From NCBI GenBank assembly GCA_965267575.1, contig OZ254086.1, positions 544,001 through 608,000 on the forward strand: a DNA stretch of 64,000 bases, given 5' to 3'. The notes under the pieces are model-generated. The model saw nothing but the letters and a program-made list of their open reading frames with translations, was not told the origin of the DNA and ran no database searches. The first letter of the stretch is position 1; each line of letters begins with the position of its first letter. The DNA is from Calditrichales bacterium (GTDB lineage Bacteria > Calditrichota > Calditrichia > Calditrichales > J004). This document shows positions 40,795 through 52,700 of this stretch, piece after piece. The translations under genes and the position numbers were made by a program.

Positions 40795-42233
40795 GCGATA
40801 AAACAGAAAAACAACTTGCTGAACTATTTAAAACCTGGAGCGGCAAAGAAGCGGCAAAGATAGAACGCATGCCGGCGCACGGATCGGACCGTAAATATTT
40901 TCGCATTCATGGCCCGGGCAAAACCAGCGCCATTGGCGTGCACAACCGTGATTACAAGGAAAACGTCGCCTTTCTCTCCTTCTCCAAGCATTTCCGCAAC
41001 AACGGCCTTAACGTGCCGGAGATATACGCCCAGGAGCTGGACAAAAATATCTATCTTGAACAAGACCTGGGTGATGAGACGCTTTTTTCCTTCCTGACCG
41101 CAGAGCGGGAAAAAGAGAATACGTTCAACGATCGGATTGTCGCCCAATATAAAAAAGTGGTGCGCGACCTGCCCCGTTTCCAGGTGGAGGCCGGTAAGGA
41201 TATCGATTACAGCGTCTGCTACCCGCGGCACAGCTTTGACCGGCAATCAATGATGTGGGATCTGAACTATTTCAAATATTACTTTCTCAAGCTCGCTAAA
41301 ATCCCTTTTGATGAACAGCACCTGGAGGATGATTTCCGCACTTTTACCGATTTCCTCCTGGAAAGTCCGCGCGACTATTTTCTCTACCGCGATTTCCAGA
41401 GCCGCAATGTTATGATTCACGACAACGATGTCTGGTTCATTGATTACCAGGGCGGGCGCAAAGGCGCGCTGCAATACGACCTGGCTTCACTGCTCTACGA
41501 CGCCAAGGCCGACATCCCGGCCAAGGTGCGCCAGATGCTGCTCGAAGAATACCTGGATGTGCTCTCGCAACATATCTCCGTGGACCGTGACCGCTTTCTG
41601 CAATTCTTCCAGGGCTTTGTGCTTATCCGCATTATGCAGGCGCTGGGCGCATACGGCTTCCGCGGTTTTTACGAACGCAAATCCCATTTCCTGAAAAGCG
41701 TGCCCTACGCCATCCAGAACCTGGAGCAGCTGCTGCACAACATCCAGTTGCCCATTGAAATACCCGCCCTGATCGAAGCGTGGAACGGCCTGGTGCGCTC
41801 CAGCTTTCTGCGCCAGCTCAGCGACCAGCAGCTGCGCATGACGGTGCGTATCCAGAGCTTCTCCTACAAGCGCGGCATTCCCTGGGACGAAAAAGGCCAC
41901 GGCGGCGGCTTTGTGTTCGATTGCCGCTCGCTCCCCAATCCCGGCCGCGAAGAAAAATATATGGACATGACCGGGCTCGACGCGCCGGTTATTGAATACC
42001 TTGAGAAAGAGCCCTCAGTAGATCAATTCCTTGAAAATATTTTTAGTCTTGTAGACGGCGCTGTAGAAAATTACCGCAAACGCAATTTCACGGATCTGAT
42101 GATCGCCTTTGGCTGCACCGGCGGCCAGCACCGCTCCGTTTATTGCGCCAGCCGCCTGGCCCAGCATCTCAACGACAAATACGACATAGATGTGCAGCTG
42201 CGTCACCGTGAGCAGGAAATGCGCCAGCCATGA
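40791..42233 (+). CDS. AmgK-like phosphotransferase fused to a RapZ C-terminal domain
   Basis: GSDRKYFR, DLGD, RDFQSRN, IDYQG; SFSYKRG, FDCR.LPNP, GCTGGQHRSV. Confidence 0.9.
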   Translation: MSDKTEKQLAELFKTWSGKEAAKIERMPAHGSDRKYFRIHGPGKTSAIGVHNRDYKENVAFLSFSKHFRNNGLNVPEIYAQELDKNIYLEQDLGDETLFSFLTAEREKENTFNDRIVAQYKKVVRDLPRFQVEAGKDIDYSVCYPRHSFDRQSMMWDLNYFKYYFLKLAKIPFDEQHLEDDFRTFTDFLLESPRDYFLYRDFQSRNVMIHDNDVWFIDYQGGRKGALQYDLASLLYDAKADIPAKVRQMLLEEYLDVLSQHISVDRDRFLQFFQGFVLIRIMQALGAYGFRGFYERKSHFLKSVPYAIQNLEQLLHNIQLPIEIPALIEAWNGLVRSSFLRQLSDQQLRMTVRIQSFSYKRGIPWDEKGHGGGFVFDCRSLPNPGREEKYMDMTGLDAPVIEYLEKEPSVDQFLENIFSLVDGAVENYRKRNFTDLMIAFGCTGGQHRSVYCASRLAQHLNDKYDIDVQLRHREQEMRQP

Positions 42234-42991
42234 AGGCAATGATCTTCGCGGCGGGCCTTGGTACCCGTTTGCGCCCGCTGACAAGCCATACCCCGAAAGC
42301 GCTGATTGAAGTACAAGGCCATCCCATGCTGGAATGGGTAATACGGAAACTGGCCGGTCACGGGGTTAGCGACATCATCATCAATACCCACCATTTCGCG
42401 GAGCAGATCGAAGCCTTTGTAAAAAGCCTACCGGACTCCTTTCCAGCTATCAGCTTGTCGCATGAGCCACAGCTTCTGGATACGGGCGGCGGTCTTAAAA
42501 AAGCGGCCTGGTTTTTTGATGACGGTAAGCCCTTCATTCTGCATAACAGCGACGTGCTTTCGGATATTGATCTTACACAAATGGTAGAGGAACATCGCAG
42601 ATCAGATGCAGTGATTTCCCTGGCCGTGAGAGAGCGGAAAACATCACGCTACCTTCTTTTTGATGAAGATAGCAGACTTTGCGGTCACCGGGACCTCAAC
42701 AAAGGAAAAACGATCTGGATAAACGATAGAGAAAAGCCAAAAGCCAATTCCCTTTCTTTTTGTGGGATCCATGTGATTACGCCGGCGGTCCTTAAGCAAT
42801 TACCGCCGGTTTCGACCTATCCCATATTGCCGGCCTACCTGGAGCTTGCCGAAGCCGGCCACCTGATCCGCGGCTACGATACATCCCCCTGCCGCTGGGT
42901 TGATCTGGGCAAAATTGAAAGCCTTAAAAAAGTTGAGGAAAGCCTTCCTGAAAGCTATTTTGAAGAGTTGCTGAAAAACCCCGCACTTTGA
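42230..42991 (+). CDS. MurU-like sugar-phosphate nucleotidyltransferase
   Basis: AMIFAAGLGTRLRPLT..PK, LDTGGG, NSD. Confidence 0.9.
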   Translation: MKAMIFAAGLGTRLRPLTSHTPKALIEVQGHPMLEWVIRKLAGHGVSDIIINTHHFAEQIEAFVKSLPDSFPAISLSHEPQLLDTGGGLKKAAWFFDDGKPFILHNSDVLSDIDLTQMVEEHRRSDAVISLAVRERKTSRYLLFDEDSRLCGHRDLNKGKTIWINDREKPKANSLSFCGIHVITPAVLKQLPPVSTYPILPAYLELAEAGHLIRGYDTSPCRWVDLGKIESLKKVEESLPESYFEELLKNPAL

Positions 42992-43032
42992 CGATGCTCA
43001 CATACTTCAGGCGCGTATGATGGGTATAATGA

Positions 43033-43482
43033 TTGTCAACAATGAACTCACTATCTACTCAAGAAATCATGACCTCCAAGAAAAATGAGCGGCGTATGCT
43101 CAACCGGGTTGAATTGCCCGGAACGCAGGTGCGCTACAAGCTCTCAACCGGCCTTACGCTGATCAAAAACTTTTCCAATGCAGGTGAAGCCCTTAACGTT
43201 TCCAAGAGCGGCATTGCCTTTAAAGTTAAAGAGAAAGTTAAATTCGGCACGCCCGTGCAAATGAAGCTCAGCTTTCCCGATGGAAAGGATTTTAACCTCA
43301 AAGGGCGTATTCGCTGGCAAAACTCCAACACCAATAACGGCCGTTCCATAATTGGCGTGCAGTTCAATGCGTTCGGCCAAAAAAGCGACTACAATCCGCT
43401 CAGCGCACTGGAATATCTGCGGCAAATAAAAGAGCTCAGTCTCACCAAAACCCCCCGGAATGAATCCGACGAAGAGAACTAA
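43033..43482 (+). CDS. PilZ domain protein
   Basis: RRMLNR (RxxxR) and NVSKSG (NxSxxG); GVQF. Confidence 0.85.
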   Translation: MSTMNSLSTQEIMTSKKNERRMLNRVELPGTQVRYKLSTGLTLIKNFSNAGEALNVSKSGIAFKVKEKVKFGTPVQMKLSFPDGKDFNLKGRIRWQNSNTNNGRSIIGVQFNAFGQKSDYNPLSALEYLRQIKELSLTKTPRNESDEEN

Positions 43483-43570
43483 TCCTCTCCTGCCCCTTGT
43501 CGGGAATCAATTTAAATAGTATTCTTGGCACCTACATACCCTATTCACTTACAATCATCAGGAAGATACT

Positions 43571-44866
43571 ATGAAGCTGAAGCTGCATTGGCAGATTATC
43601 ATTGGCATGATCCTGGGGCTTATTTATGGAGTTCTGGCTGCTTACATGGGTTGGGGCAAATTTACCAGCCATTGGATTGCTCCGTTCGGGACCATTTTTA
43701 TAAACCTGTTAAAGCTGATTGCCATACCGCTTATCCTCGGTTCGCTGGTGGCCGGTGTGGCCTCGCTTTCCGATATCCGCAAGCTGTCGCGCATTGGCGG
43801 CAAAACCATCGGCATTTACCTTATTACGACCACTATCTCCGTTACCATGGGGCTGGTATTTGTAAACGTGTTAATGCCCGGCAAAAACGTGCCGGTGGAG
43901 ATGCGCGAAAAGCTTCAGCAAACCTACGAAGAAGAAGCTACCTCAAAGGAGTTGACGGCCCTCGAAGTAAAGCAGCGCGGGCCCTTGCAGCCGCTGGTTG
44001 ATATGATTCCTGACAACGTGTTTGGCGCCGCCGGCAACAACCGCAACATGCTGCAGATCGTGTTCTTTGCCATATTTTTGGGTATCGGGATCGTGCTAAC
44101 CCCAGGCGAAAGGAGTACCGCTCTTCTGCGGGTTTTTGAAGGCCTCAATGATGTGGTGATTAAACTGGTGGACATTATCATGCTGATGGCGCCGGTGGGT
44201 GTTTTCGCGCTTATTGCCGACACAATCAACGTTATTGCCCGCGACAACATGAGCCAGGTAGTTGAATTGCTGGGAGCGCTGGGTTTTTACGGCGCCGTCG
44301 TCGTGGCCGGGCTGGGCTTTCAGACCATGTTTGTATATCCCAGTATTCTGAAATTATTCACTAAAATGAAATTAAGTGATTTTATTAAGGGTATTGCGCC
44401 GGCACAGCTTTTGGCTTTTTCCACCAGTTCCAGCGGGGCCACGCTGCCGGTAACCATGGAGCGCTGCGAAAAAAACCTTGGTGTTTCGGAAGAGGTGTCA
44501 TCATTTGTCTTGCCGCTTGGCGCCACCATCAATATGGACGGTACAGCGCTTTACCAGGCGGTGGCGGCGGTCTTTATCGCGCAGGTGTTGGGTTTGGGCC
44601 TTGATCTTGGCGCGCAGATTACCATCGTGCTGACGGCAGTGCTTGCTTCTATCGGTACGGCAGCCGTGCCGGGTGCCGGCATCATCATGCTGGTCATCAT
44701 CCTGGAATCTGTTAACGTGCCCAGCGCAGGCATCGCCTTAATTCTTGGTATCGATCGTATTCTTGACATGTGCCGCACGGTGACCAACGTAACAGGCGAC
44801 GCCACCGTAGCCATTACCGTTGCCGCGACGGAGGGCCAACTAGGAAGTCCCAATTTTGAAGACTAA
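43571..44866 (+). CDS. Dicarboxylate/amino acid:cation symporter (GltP family)
   Basis: AFSTSSSGATLP, GATINMDGT, GIDRILDM.RT..N. Confidence 0.95.
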   Translation: MKLKLHWQIIIGMILGLIYGVLAAYMGWGKFTSHWIAPFGTIFINLLKLIAIPLILGSLVAGVASLSDIRKLSRIGGKTIGIYLITTTISVTMGLVFVNVLMPGKNVPVEMREKLQQTYEEEATSKELTALEVKQRGPLQPLVDMIPDNVFGAAGNNRNMLQIVFFAIFLGIGIVLTPGERSTALLRVFEGLNDVVIKLVDIIMLMAPVGVFALIADTINVIARDNMSQVVELLGALGFYGAVVVAGLGFQTMFVYPSILKLFTKMKLSDFIKGIAPAQLLAFSTSSSGATLPVTMERCEKNLGVSEEVSSFVLPLGATINMDGTALYQAVAAVFIAQVLGLGLDLGAQITIVLTAVLASIGTAAVPGAGIIMLVIILESVNVPSAGIALILGIDRILDMCRTVTNVTGDATVAITVAATEGQLGSPNFED

Positions 44867-44880
44867 ACAGAGGTGTAACC

Positions 44881-45465
44881 GTGGAAAAGCCGGTCTTTTT
44901 TGAATCGAAAGAAAAGCTGCGCCGCTGGTTTGAGAAAAACCATAAAACAGCAGAGGTGCTGTGGCTTGGTTATTACAAAAAAGACAGCGGCCTGCCCAGC
45001 ATCGACTGGCCGCAATCCGTGGAGCAAGCCCTATGCTTTGGCTGGATTGACGGCATCCGTAAATCGATTGACGAAAAGAGCTATAAAATACGCTTTACGC
45101 CACGACGGCCAAACAGCCACTGGAGCGCCGTAAACATAGAAATGGCCGAACGGCTGATAAAAGAAGACCAAATGGAGCCGGCCGGTTTGGCGGCTTTCAA
45201 AAAACGTTCCGAAAAGAACCAGAAAAAGGCTTCATACGAGCAGAAAGACATTCAGCTAGATAAAAAATATGAGGCGGAATTTAAGACACACCCGCAAGCC
45301 TGGCATTATTTCGTTAACGAACTTTCTCCATACAACCGCAAAACGTCCATCCATTGGGTGATGAGCGCCAAACGCGAGGAGACAAGGAAAAGACGCCTCA
45401 AAACACTAATCGATTCTTCCTCTAAAATGGAAAAAATCCCACCTCTACAGATTAGCAAGAAATAG
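44881..45465 (+). CDS. YdeI/OmdA-associated family protein
   Basis: ALCFGWID, FTPRR..S.WS, AKREETR. Confidence 0.9.
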   Translation: MEKPVFFESKEKLRRWFEKNHKTAEVLWLGYYKKDSGLPSIDWPQSVEQALCFGWIDGIRKSIDEKSYKIRFTPRRPNSHWSAVNIEMAERLIKEDQMEPAGLAAFKKRSEKNQKKASYEQKDIQLDKKYEAEFKTHPQAWHYFVNELSPYNRKTSIHWVMSAKREETRKRRLKTLIDSSSKMEKIPPLQISKK

Positions 45466-45567
45466 GGCCGGGTTTCACCTCGAAAACTAACTAAATCTAC
45501 ACAGCAATCACACCACGTTATTTGTTCATTTGTGAATATATGGCAAACGCCACATGAAGGAGAAACC

Positions 45568-46017
45568 ATGTTCAAACCAAAGAACGAAGTAAATAACAGC
45601 TTAAGCTTAAAAGCGCCCGTCGAAAAGGTATGGGAAGCTCTTACACAATCGGACAAAGTCGCTCAGTATATGTTTGGTTCAATGGTGCAAAGCAGCTGGG
45701 AAGCCGGTGCCCCAATCGAATATTATGTCGAAAAAGACGGCGAAAAGAAAGTAGTAGCCAAAGGCAAGATTGTAAAAATCGAGAAACCCAAAATTCTTGA
45801 ACACACGCTCTTCCCGGCGCAATCAAAAATCGATGATAAACCCGAAAACTACATCACGGTCGCCTATTCTCTGCAAGAGAATGATGAAGGGTGCACGCTG
45901 GAGATCAGTCAAAAAGGGTTTCTATCCGTGGAGGAAGGCGCTTCACGCTATCGTGAGACAAAGCATGGCTGGAAGATAGTTTTGCCAAAACTGAAGAAGC
46001 TGGTTGAAAACTCCTGA
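45568..46017 (+). CDS. SRPBCC/AHSA1 domain protein
   Basis: APVEKVWEALT, C-terminal GW..L..LK; AAGGAG RBS. Confidence 0.88.
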   Translation: MFKPKNEVNNSLSLKAPVEKVWEALTQSDKVAQYMFGSMVQSSWEAGAPIEYYVEKDGEKKVVAKGKIVKIEKPKILEHTLFPAQSKIDDKPENYITVAYSLQENDEGCTLEISQKGFLSVEEGASRYRETKHGWKIVLPKLKKLVENS

Positions 46018-46029
46018 GCAACCGCATTT

Positions 46030-46887
46030 CTAATCAAAGACAACGGTCTTTTTATCCAGAGTTAATACGCGTTTTTCCAGATGCGCCTTAACCGCGCGTG
46101 CCAAAACCACCCTCTCCAGGTCGCGCCCTTTGCGGATCATGTCTTTTATGCTGTCGCGGTGGCTTACGCGGATTACGTCCTGCTCGATAATCGGGCCTTC
46201 GTCCAGCTCTTCCGTAACGTAATGGCTGGTGGCGCCAATTATTTTCACGCCACGTTGATAGGCCTGTTTGTAAGGGCTGGCACCGATAAACGCAGGCAGG
46301 AAAGAGTGATGGATGTTGATCACATTGCGCGGGTAGGCTGCCACAAAATCTTCCGATAAAATCTGCATATAGCGCGCCAGTATAATGGTGCTGATCTCGT
46401 TTTCCCGTAAGAGCGCTATCTCCTTTTTCTCCTGTTCCGCTTTGTACTGCTTATGTATGGGAAATACATGAAAAGGAATGTTGTAGAACTTTGCCAATGG
46501 TTCCAGATCGGGGTGGTTGGAAATGATCACAGCGATATCGCAAAACAGCTCGCCCGCCTTGTGGCGCCATAACAAATCCTGCAGACAATGGTCGTATTTA
46601 GAAACAAAAATGGCTACACGATCGCGCCGGTCGCTAAAGTGGATATTCCAGTCGGCTTTAAACTCTCTCGCCAACGGCGCAAAGGCATCGTTAAGGTCTT
46701 TACGTGAGATAGAAAAATTGTTCATCTCCCATTCCACGCGGATGGAAAAAAGCCCTTCGTCCACGGCCACATGTTCATCCAGATCGACGATGTTGCCGCC
46801 GCGCTCGAAGATGAAGTTGGAGATGCGGGACACCAACCCCGAACGGTCCGGGCAGGAAAGAAGCAGAACAGCCGTACTATTATCCAT
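46030..46887 (-). CDS. purU: Formyltetrahydrofolate deformylase
   Basis: CPDRSGLV, LARYMQILS, INIHHSFLP, LDEGPII. Confidence 0.96.
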   Translation of the reverse strand: MDNSTAVLLLSCPDRSGLVSRISNFIFERGGNIVDLDEHVAVDEGLFSIRVEWEMNNFSISRKDLNDAFAPLAREFKADWNIHFSDRRDRVAIFVSKYDHCLQDLLWRHKAGELFCDIAVIISNHPDLEPLAKFYNIPFHVFPIHKQYKAEQEKKEIALLRENEISTIILARYMQILSEDFVAAYPRNVINIHHSFLPAFIGASPYKQAYQRGVKIIGATSHYVTEELDEGPIIEQDVIRVSHRDSIKDMIRKGRDLERVVLARAVKAHLEKRVLTLDKKTVVFD

Positions 46888-46923
46888 TAAAGATCATCCT
46901 GTTTTTTTAAGGTCAGAACATAT

Positions 46924-46951
46924 AAAAAAAGTCCGCATTGCTGCGGACTTT
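46924..46951 (-). terminator. Intrinsic terminator of rocD
   Basis: aaagtccgca/tgcggacttt hairpin with U-run. Confidence 0.8.
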
Positions 46952-46984
46952 ATATCACAAAAGCGGACTTCAGATCCTGTGTGC

Positions 46985-48229
46985 TCAGGCATTTTCCAGA
47001 ACTTTTTTCACACGGTCAAAGGCCCAGTCGATTTCTTCCTTGCTGATCACCAGCGGCGGTGCAAGACGGATAACGTTTTCGTGTGTTTCTTTGCAGAGCA
47101 AGCCGTCTTTTTTCAGCGCTTCGCAAAAACGGCGCGCCTTTTCCTTCAGCTCAATACCGATGAAAAGTCCTTTACCGCGGATCTCTTTAATCACCGGTGA
47201 ATCGATCGTCTTAAGTTTATCCATCAGATATTGGCCATACTCCGCGGAACGTTCGGTCAATTTTTCATCCACCAGAACGGCGAGGGCTTCGCGGGCAACG
47301 GCGCAGGCCAGCGGATTGCCGCCGAAAGTGCTGCCATGCTGTCCGGGTTTAAAAACGCCCAAGACCTCTTTGCTGCCCACCACGGCGGAAACGGGGTAAA
47401 AACCACCCGAAAGCGCCTTTCCGATAATCAGCATATCGGGCTTTTTCATATCTTCGTGCTGGTAGGCGAACATTTTGCCGGTGCGTCCGAGACCGCTTTG
47501 AATTTCATCGGCGATGAACAGCATATTGTTTTGCTCACAAATCTCGCGCGTCGCCGCCAGGTAGCCGTCTCCGGGCATAAGGATGCCTCCTTCACCCTGG
47601 ATCGGTTCAAACAAAAAGGCAACTGTATTTTTGTTTATGGCGGCTTTAAACGCATCCATATCGCCAAAAGGCACAATGCGGAATCCGGGCGTAAAAGGAC
47701 CAAAACCTTCCTTGTAAGATGCCTCTGTACTGAAACCGACGATGGTCGTTGTCCTGCCATGGAAATTATTGCCGCAAACAATAATCTCGGCCTTTTCTTT
47801 TTCCACGCCTTTCACGGTATAGCCCCATTTGCGCGCGGCCTTAATGGCTGTTTCTACGGCTTCCGCACCGGAGTTCATCGGCAATACCAGGTCCTGATCA
47901 CACAACTCGGACAGTTGCTTGCAGAACAGGCCCAACTGATCGTTACGGAAGGCCCGCGACGTAAGCGTCACTTTTTGGGCTTGCTCGGTTAAAGCCTTGA
48001 GAATGCGCGGATGGCAGTGCCCCTGGTTCACCGCGGAATAGGCACTGAGAAAGTCCATATATTTGTTGCCTTCAACGTCATGGACCCACACGCCGCGGGC
48101 TTTTTCAATCACAATATCCAGCGGATGGTAGTTGTGTGTACCGAATGTGTCTTCAAGAGCGATGAAGTCCTGAGTTGTTTTCAGAGTCTTAACTTCTTTT
48201 TCAGCTAATGCTTCATGCACTGCGCTCAT
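46985..48229 (-). CDS. rocD: Ornithine--oxo-acid aminotransferase
   Basis: [43 protein letters not shown]. Confidence 0.95.
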   Translation of the reverse strand: MSAVHEALAEKEVKTLKTTQDFIALEDTFGTHNYHPLDIVIEKARGVWVHDVEGNKYMDFLSAYSAVNQGHCHPRILKALTEQAQKVTLTSRAFRNDQLGLFCKQLSELCDQDLVLPMNSGAEAVETAIKAARKWGYTVKGVEKEKAEIIVCGNNFHGRTTTIVGFSTEASYKEGFGPFTPGFRIVPFGDMDAFKAAINKNTVAFLFEPIQGEGGILMPGDGYLAATREICEQNNMLFIADEIQSGLGRTGKMFAYQHEDMKKPDMLIIGKALSGGFYPVSAVVGSKEVLGVFKPGQHGSTFGGNPLACAVAREALAVLVDEKLTERSAEYGQYLMDKLKTIDSPVIKEIRGKGLFIGIELKEKARRFCEALKKDGLLCKETHENVIRLAPPLVISKEEIDWAFDRVKKVLENA

Positions 48230-48264
48230 ATTTCTCTCCTTAGATTAAGAGTAATCTGTTTAAT

Positions 48265-48987
48265 TTATTTTGGATTTGATGGCCGGATGTCGATTTCACT
48301 TACCATGGCATTTTGCGGCAACTCGATCATATGAATTACGCTCATGGCGACATCCTGCGCGATTAACACTTTTTTTCTGTTTTTTGGTTCAAAACTTTTT
48401 GCCGGCCCGTCAAAAAACGAGGTATCCACGGAACCGGGACAAATAGCAAGTACGCGCACACCGTATTCGCGTTCCTCCAGCATCAGGCTGCGGCTAAAAC
48501 CCATTACGGCATGCTTGCTGGCAACATAACCCGCCGCCTTTGGTATCGCGTTTTTGCCTGCCAGAGAAGCCACATTAACAATTACCGATTCACCCACCGC
48601 CCGCAGATGCGGTATGGCTTCACGCGTGGCAATAAACAATCCGCGCACATTGAGATTAAACATGGCGTCCCAGTCTTCCGTTTCCAGCTCGGCGACGGGC
48701 TTAAAGATACCGATGCCGGCATTATTGACCAGAATATCAATTCGGCCGAGACTTTTTGCGGATTCGGAAATAAATTTTTTGATCTCTTTTTCATCACTCA
48801 TATCGCCGCTGTAGGCAAATGCGCGTACCCCCATTTGTTGGATCGCCTCCTCGACCTCGCGCAAATCATCCTTGCCACGTGCGGAAATTGCCAGGTGCGC
48901 GCCACGCTCCGCCAGCGCAAGGGCAATAGCCCGACCAATACCCTTACTTGCTCCCGTAACGACTGCAACTTTGTCTTTAATCAGCAT
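48265..48987 (-). CDS. Short-chain dehydrogenase/reductase
   Basis: TGASKGIG, NNAG, YVASK. Confidence 0.93.
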   Translation of the reverse strand: MLIKDKVAVVTGASKGIGRAIALALAERGAHLAISARGKDDLREVEEAIQQMGVRAFAYSGDMSDEKEIKKFISESAKSLGRIDILVNNAGIGIFKPVAELETEDWDAMFNLNVRGLFIATREAIPHLRAVGESVIVNVASLAGKNAIPKAAGYVASKHAVMGFSRSLMLEEREYGVRVLAICPGSVDTSFFDGPAKSFEPKNRKKVLIAQDVAMSVIHMIELPQNAMVSEIDIRPSNPK

Positions 48988-49071
48988 AATTTCCCCATTC
49001 ATACGTTTCAGCAATCAGACTGCTAAAGCTAAGGTCATAAAAATGTAAAAACAACACCGCGAAGTGTTTCA

Positions 49072-49653
49072 TTACAGCGCTTTTGCAGGCTTGACAATCC
49101 CGCCCGAAACAGCCCACTTCAGACCCTCTTCGACGCTGATCTTAAGGGCGACCGTTTTGTTCTCCGGGGCAATAATAAATATCCCGGAGGAGGGGTTTAA
49201 GGACAGAAAAATCAATATGTTAAGATGCTTCTCATCGCTGCCGGGAATACGGGTATCCCCGTTTACAAACCCAAGCGTCCAGATCCCGGGAGAAGGGTAC
49301 TCAACAAGCACCACGCGTTTAAACGATTGCTTGTCGCTTTGTGAAAATGTTTCCAGAATTTGTTTTACAGCGGAGTAAACCACCTTGGCCACCGGCAGAC
49401 GGTAAATGAACTGTTCAAACAAATTGTAAATCCGCCGGAAAAGAATATTGCGCGCCAGAACACCCACCACCCAAATGGCCAGAAGCGTCAGAATAATGCC
49501 CAATCCGGGCGGCCAGAATCCCAGGCGTGGTTCAACAAAGGGCCGGGCGATATTATCCAACCCAAGAAACAGGGCGCGCACAACCAGAAATGTAATCACA
49601 AGCGGAATAACCACAATCAGACCGGAAAGGAAATGTCGCCTTATATGCATCAT
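49072..49653 (-). CDS. DUF502 membrane protein
   Basis: FLSGL...P...T, P...VYS.VKQ, VVLVEYP, NP.SG. Confidence 0.9.
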   Translation of the reverse strand: MMHIRRHFLSGLIVVIPLVITFLVVRALFLGLDNIARPFVEPRLGFWPPGLGIILTLLAIWVVGVLARNILFRRIYNLFEQFIYRLPVAKVVYSAVKQILETFSQSDKQSFKRVVLVEYPSPGIWTLGFVNGDTRIPGSDEKHLNILIFLSLNPSSGIFIIAPENKTVALKISVEEGLKWAVSGGIVKPAKAL

Positions 49654-49664
49654 ATTTTTTCTCC

Positions 49665-49693
49665 AAAAAAAAGCCCCGGCGGGTTGCCGGGGC
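49665..49693 (-). terminator. Intrinsic terminator
   Basis: gccccggc/gccggggc hairpin plus U8. Confidence 0.85.
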
Positions 49694-49701
49694 CTGTTAG
49701 T

Positions 49702-52700
49702 TTATTCGGATTGAGATGTATCGGCAGGCACCGGAACAGGCGCCGGTTTGGCTTCTATGGTGACCGCTGCTTCGGCCGTCGCTTCGCCGTCGGAGACAAT
49801 CACGGATACCGTGTAGCTGCCTTCCTGCCCGGCTTGCGGTGTCCAGCTTAAGGTGCCGCCGGAAATGGTCATACCGTCGGGAGCACCGGTTAGCTCGTAG
49901 CTCAGGTCGTCGTTGTCGGGATCTTCGCTGCGGAAGTTAAGCGACAGGGTCTGGCCCACCTGTACCGTACCGCGCGGCGGACCTGTAATCGAAGGCTCTC
50001 GGTTAAGATTATTTACCGTTACCGGTACCTGCAGCGTGCTTTCGATTGTCCCGTCAGAGACGCTGATATTTATGTTGTATTCTCCGGACTGATCATAACC
50101 CGGCGTCCAGCTGAACGAGCCATCGGCCGTAAATTCGGCACCTTGCGGCAGACCAGCGGCGCTGAAGGTCAGCTTACCCTCGTCTTCCTGGTCAGGATCA
50201 CTGGCTGTTACGGCAAAGGTCAATGTTTCGGTTTCACCCACGGTTTGCGCGCCAGGGTCGTCTATCTGCGGCGGACGATTGACGTGGTTCACCGTTAAAT
50301 CAAAACTTATCGAAGCAGACAATCCCGCAGGATCCGTTACAGTTGCCGTAATGCCGGGATACACACCGGAATCGTTGTAGCCGGGCGTCCAGCTTATCGT
50401 ACGGCTGCCTTCGTCAAACGTGGCGCCCTCCGGCAGATTTTCCACAGTGACGGTTATAACGCCCTGGTCTTCGGCATCCAGATCGCTCTCATCAAGAGCT
50501 ACCTGCCAGGGTGTGTTTTCATCAACAACCTGGTTTTGCACAGCACTGATCAGCGGCGCGCGGTTAACATGGTTTACGGTTATCTCCAGCGGCTGCTCCA
50601 CCTGGAATTCGCCGTCGCTGACAACGATCGTCGTCGTATAGTTACCGGATTGATCGTATCCCGGCGTCCAGGTCAGTTGCAGGCTTGCTTCGTCAAAGAC
50701 GGCACCTTGCGGCAGGTTAGTCGCCGTATATGTTAACTGGCCCTGGTCTTCGGCATCCGGGTCAGTGGCCGGCGGAATCGAAACCGTCAACTGGCTGTTT
50801 TCATCGACCGTTTGGGCCTGCAGTGCTTCGAACTGCGGCGTACGGTTTACATGGTTAACGGTAATGGGTACAGTTAATTCATCGGTTGCTCCGACAGGAT
50901 CGGCAACCACGAATACAGGTGTGTAGCTGCCCGATTGCTCGAACTTGGGCGTCCACGTAAAGCCACCCGTGGCGGCATCAAAAACCGCACCTTCCGGCAG
51001 GTCGCGCACGCTCAGTTGCCACTGTCCTGCATCCTCTTCATCCGGGTCCGAAGCGCTGACCGAAAACTGCAGTGGCTGGTTTTCATCCACACTTTGCGCC
51101 ACCAGTGAATCCAGTACCGGCGGTCGGTTTACGTGGTTCACGGTAATCGTTGTGCCTTGCGTAACAATGAATTCGTCATCTGTTACACTAAAAACAACAG
51201 GGTATTCGCCCGATTGTGTAAATCCCGGCGTCCAGGTAAACGTGCTGCCCTGCAGCTGAGCGCCGTCGGGAAGAGCATCTATGCTATATTGCAAATTACC
51301 CTGATCCTCAATGTCGGGATCGCTACCCTGCAATTCGATGGTAAGCAGACTGTTTTCATCCACGCTTTGGGCGGCGATCGCTGCCAGCGCGGGAGTGCGG
51401 TTCACATGGTCAACCGTGATGGTAAGAGTTTGGCTACTCTGCAATCCGGCGGGATCGCTTACCGTAAAGCCAACGTTGTCGTAGGTGCCGGACTGGTCAA
51501 AACCCGGCGTCCAGTTGAAAACGAGACTGTCCTGGTCAAAGGTTGCCCCCTGCGGCAGGTTTTGCGCCGTATAGACCAGCTTGCCCGCATCCTCAACATC
51601 CGGATCACTGCCCGAAATCGTAAAGGACAGCGGCGCGTTTTCATCTGTCTGCTGATTAGCGATAGCATCAAGAACAGGCGGGCGGTTTACATGATTAACC
51701 GTAACGGTCAGCGTACTGGAATCACTCAGCGCACCGGCCTGGAAAATAAAGAGAATATCTTCATAGGTGCCAGACTGATCATAGGTCGGCGTCCAGCTGA
51801 AGGTTGCCGTTTGCGCGTCAAAGGTAGCGCCTTCCGGCAGGTTTTCCGCGCGGTAGCTCAGTTTGTCCTGGTCTTCCTGATCCGGGTCTTGACCGGACAA
51901 GGTTAATTGAAGCTGCTCGGCTTCGTTGATCGTGGCATCGGCCAGCGGCTCCAGAACCGGCTTTCGGTCAACGTGGTCAACCGTAATAGTCGCGCCATCG
52001 CGATAAACACCGCCTGCCGGGTCATGGATCAAAAAATCCACCGTGTAAACACCGGATTGCTCAAAGGTCGGCGTCCAGCTAAATGTGCGCGTCTCCGGAT
52101 TGAACGTAGCCCCCATCGGCATATTCTGGGCGCTGTAGGTCAAACGGCCCTTATCCTCAACATCCGGATCACTGCCCTCTTCAAGCGTAAATGATATCGC
52201 ACTGTTTTCCGGTCCACCGGCATCGGCCACATCAGGCAAAACGGGGTTGCGGTTTACGTGATTGACCGTAATATCAAACGTGGTGCTTGTGCTCAGGGCA
52301 CTGCCGGTTCGTTCAATAACACTAATTTTCACAGCGGGATAGCTGCCGGACTGGTCGTAGGTCGGCGTCCAGTTGAAAGCGCCACTCAGGCTGTCAAATA
52401 CAGCCCCTTCGGGCAGGTTCTCAATCTCAAAATAATAGGCGTCACCATCGGGATCGTAGGCCTGGGCGCTGAAAATAAGCGGCGTATTTTCATCCACGGT
52501 CATATTATCAAGCTTTGTTATAACCGGCGGGTGGTTATGGCGCACGATGATGGTTTTGTTATCTGCGGCCACGAAAACATAAACATCGTTTTTCCAGCTG
52601 GAGAACACTTTACTCTCTGCCTGATAATCTCCCTCTTTGACCGGATTGGAAGGATTGGTTACATCAATAATATCAAGGCGGCGCTCCGTTTCATTAGCCA

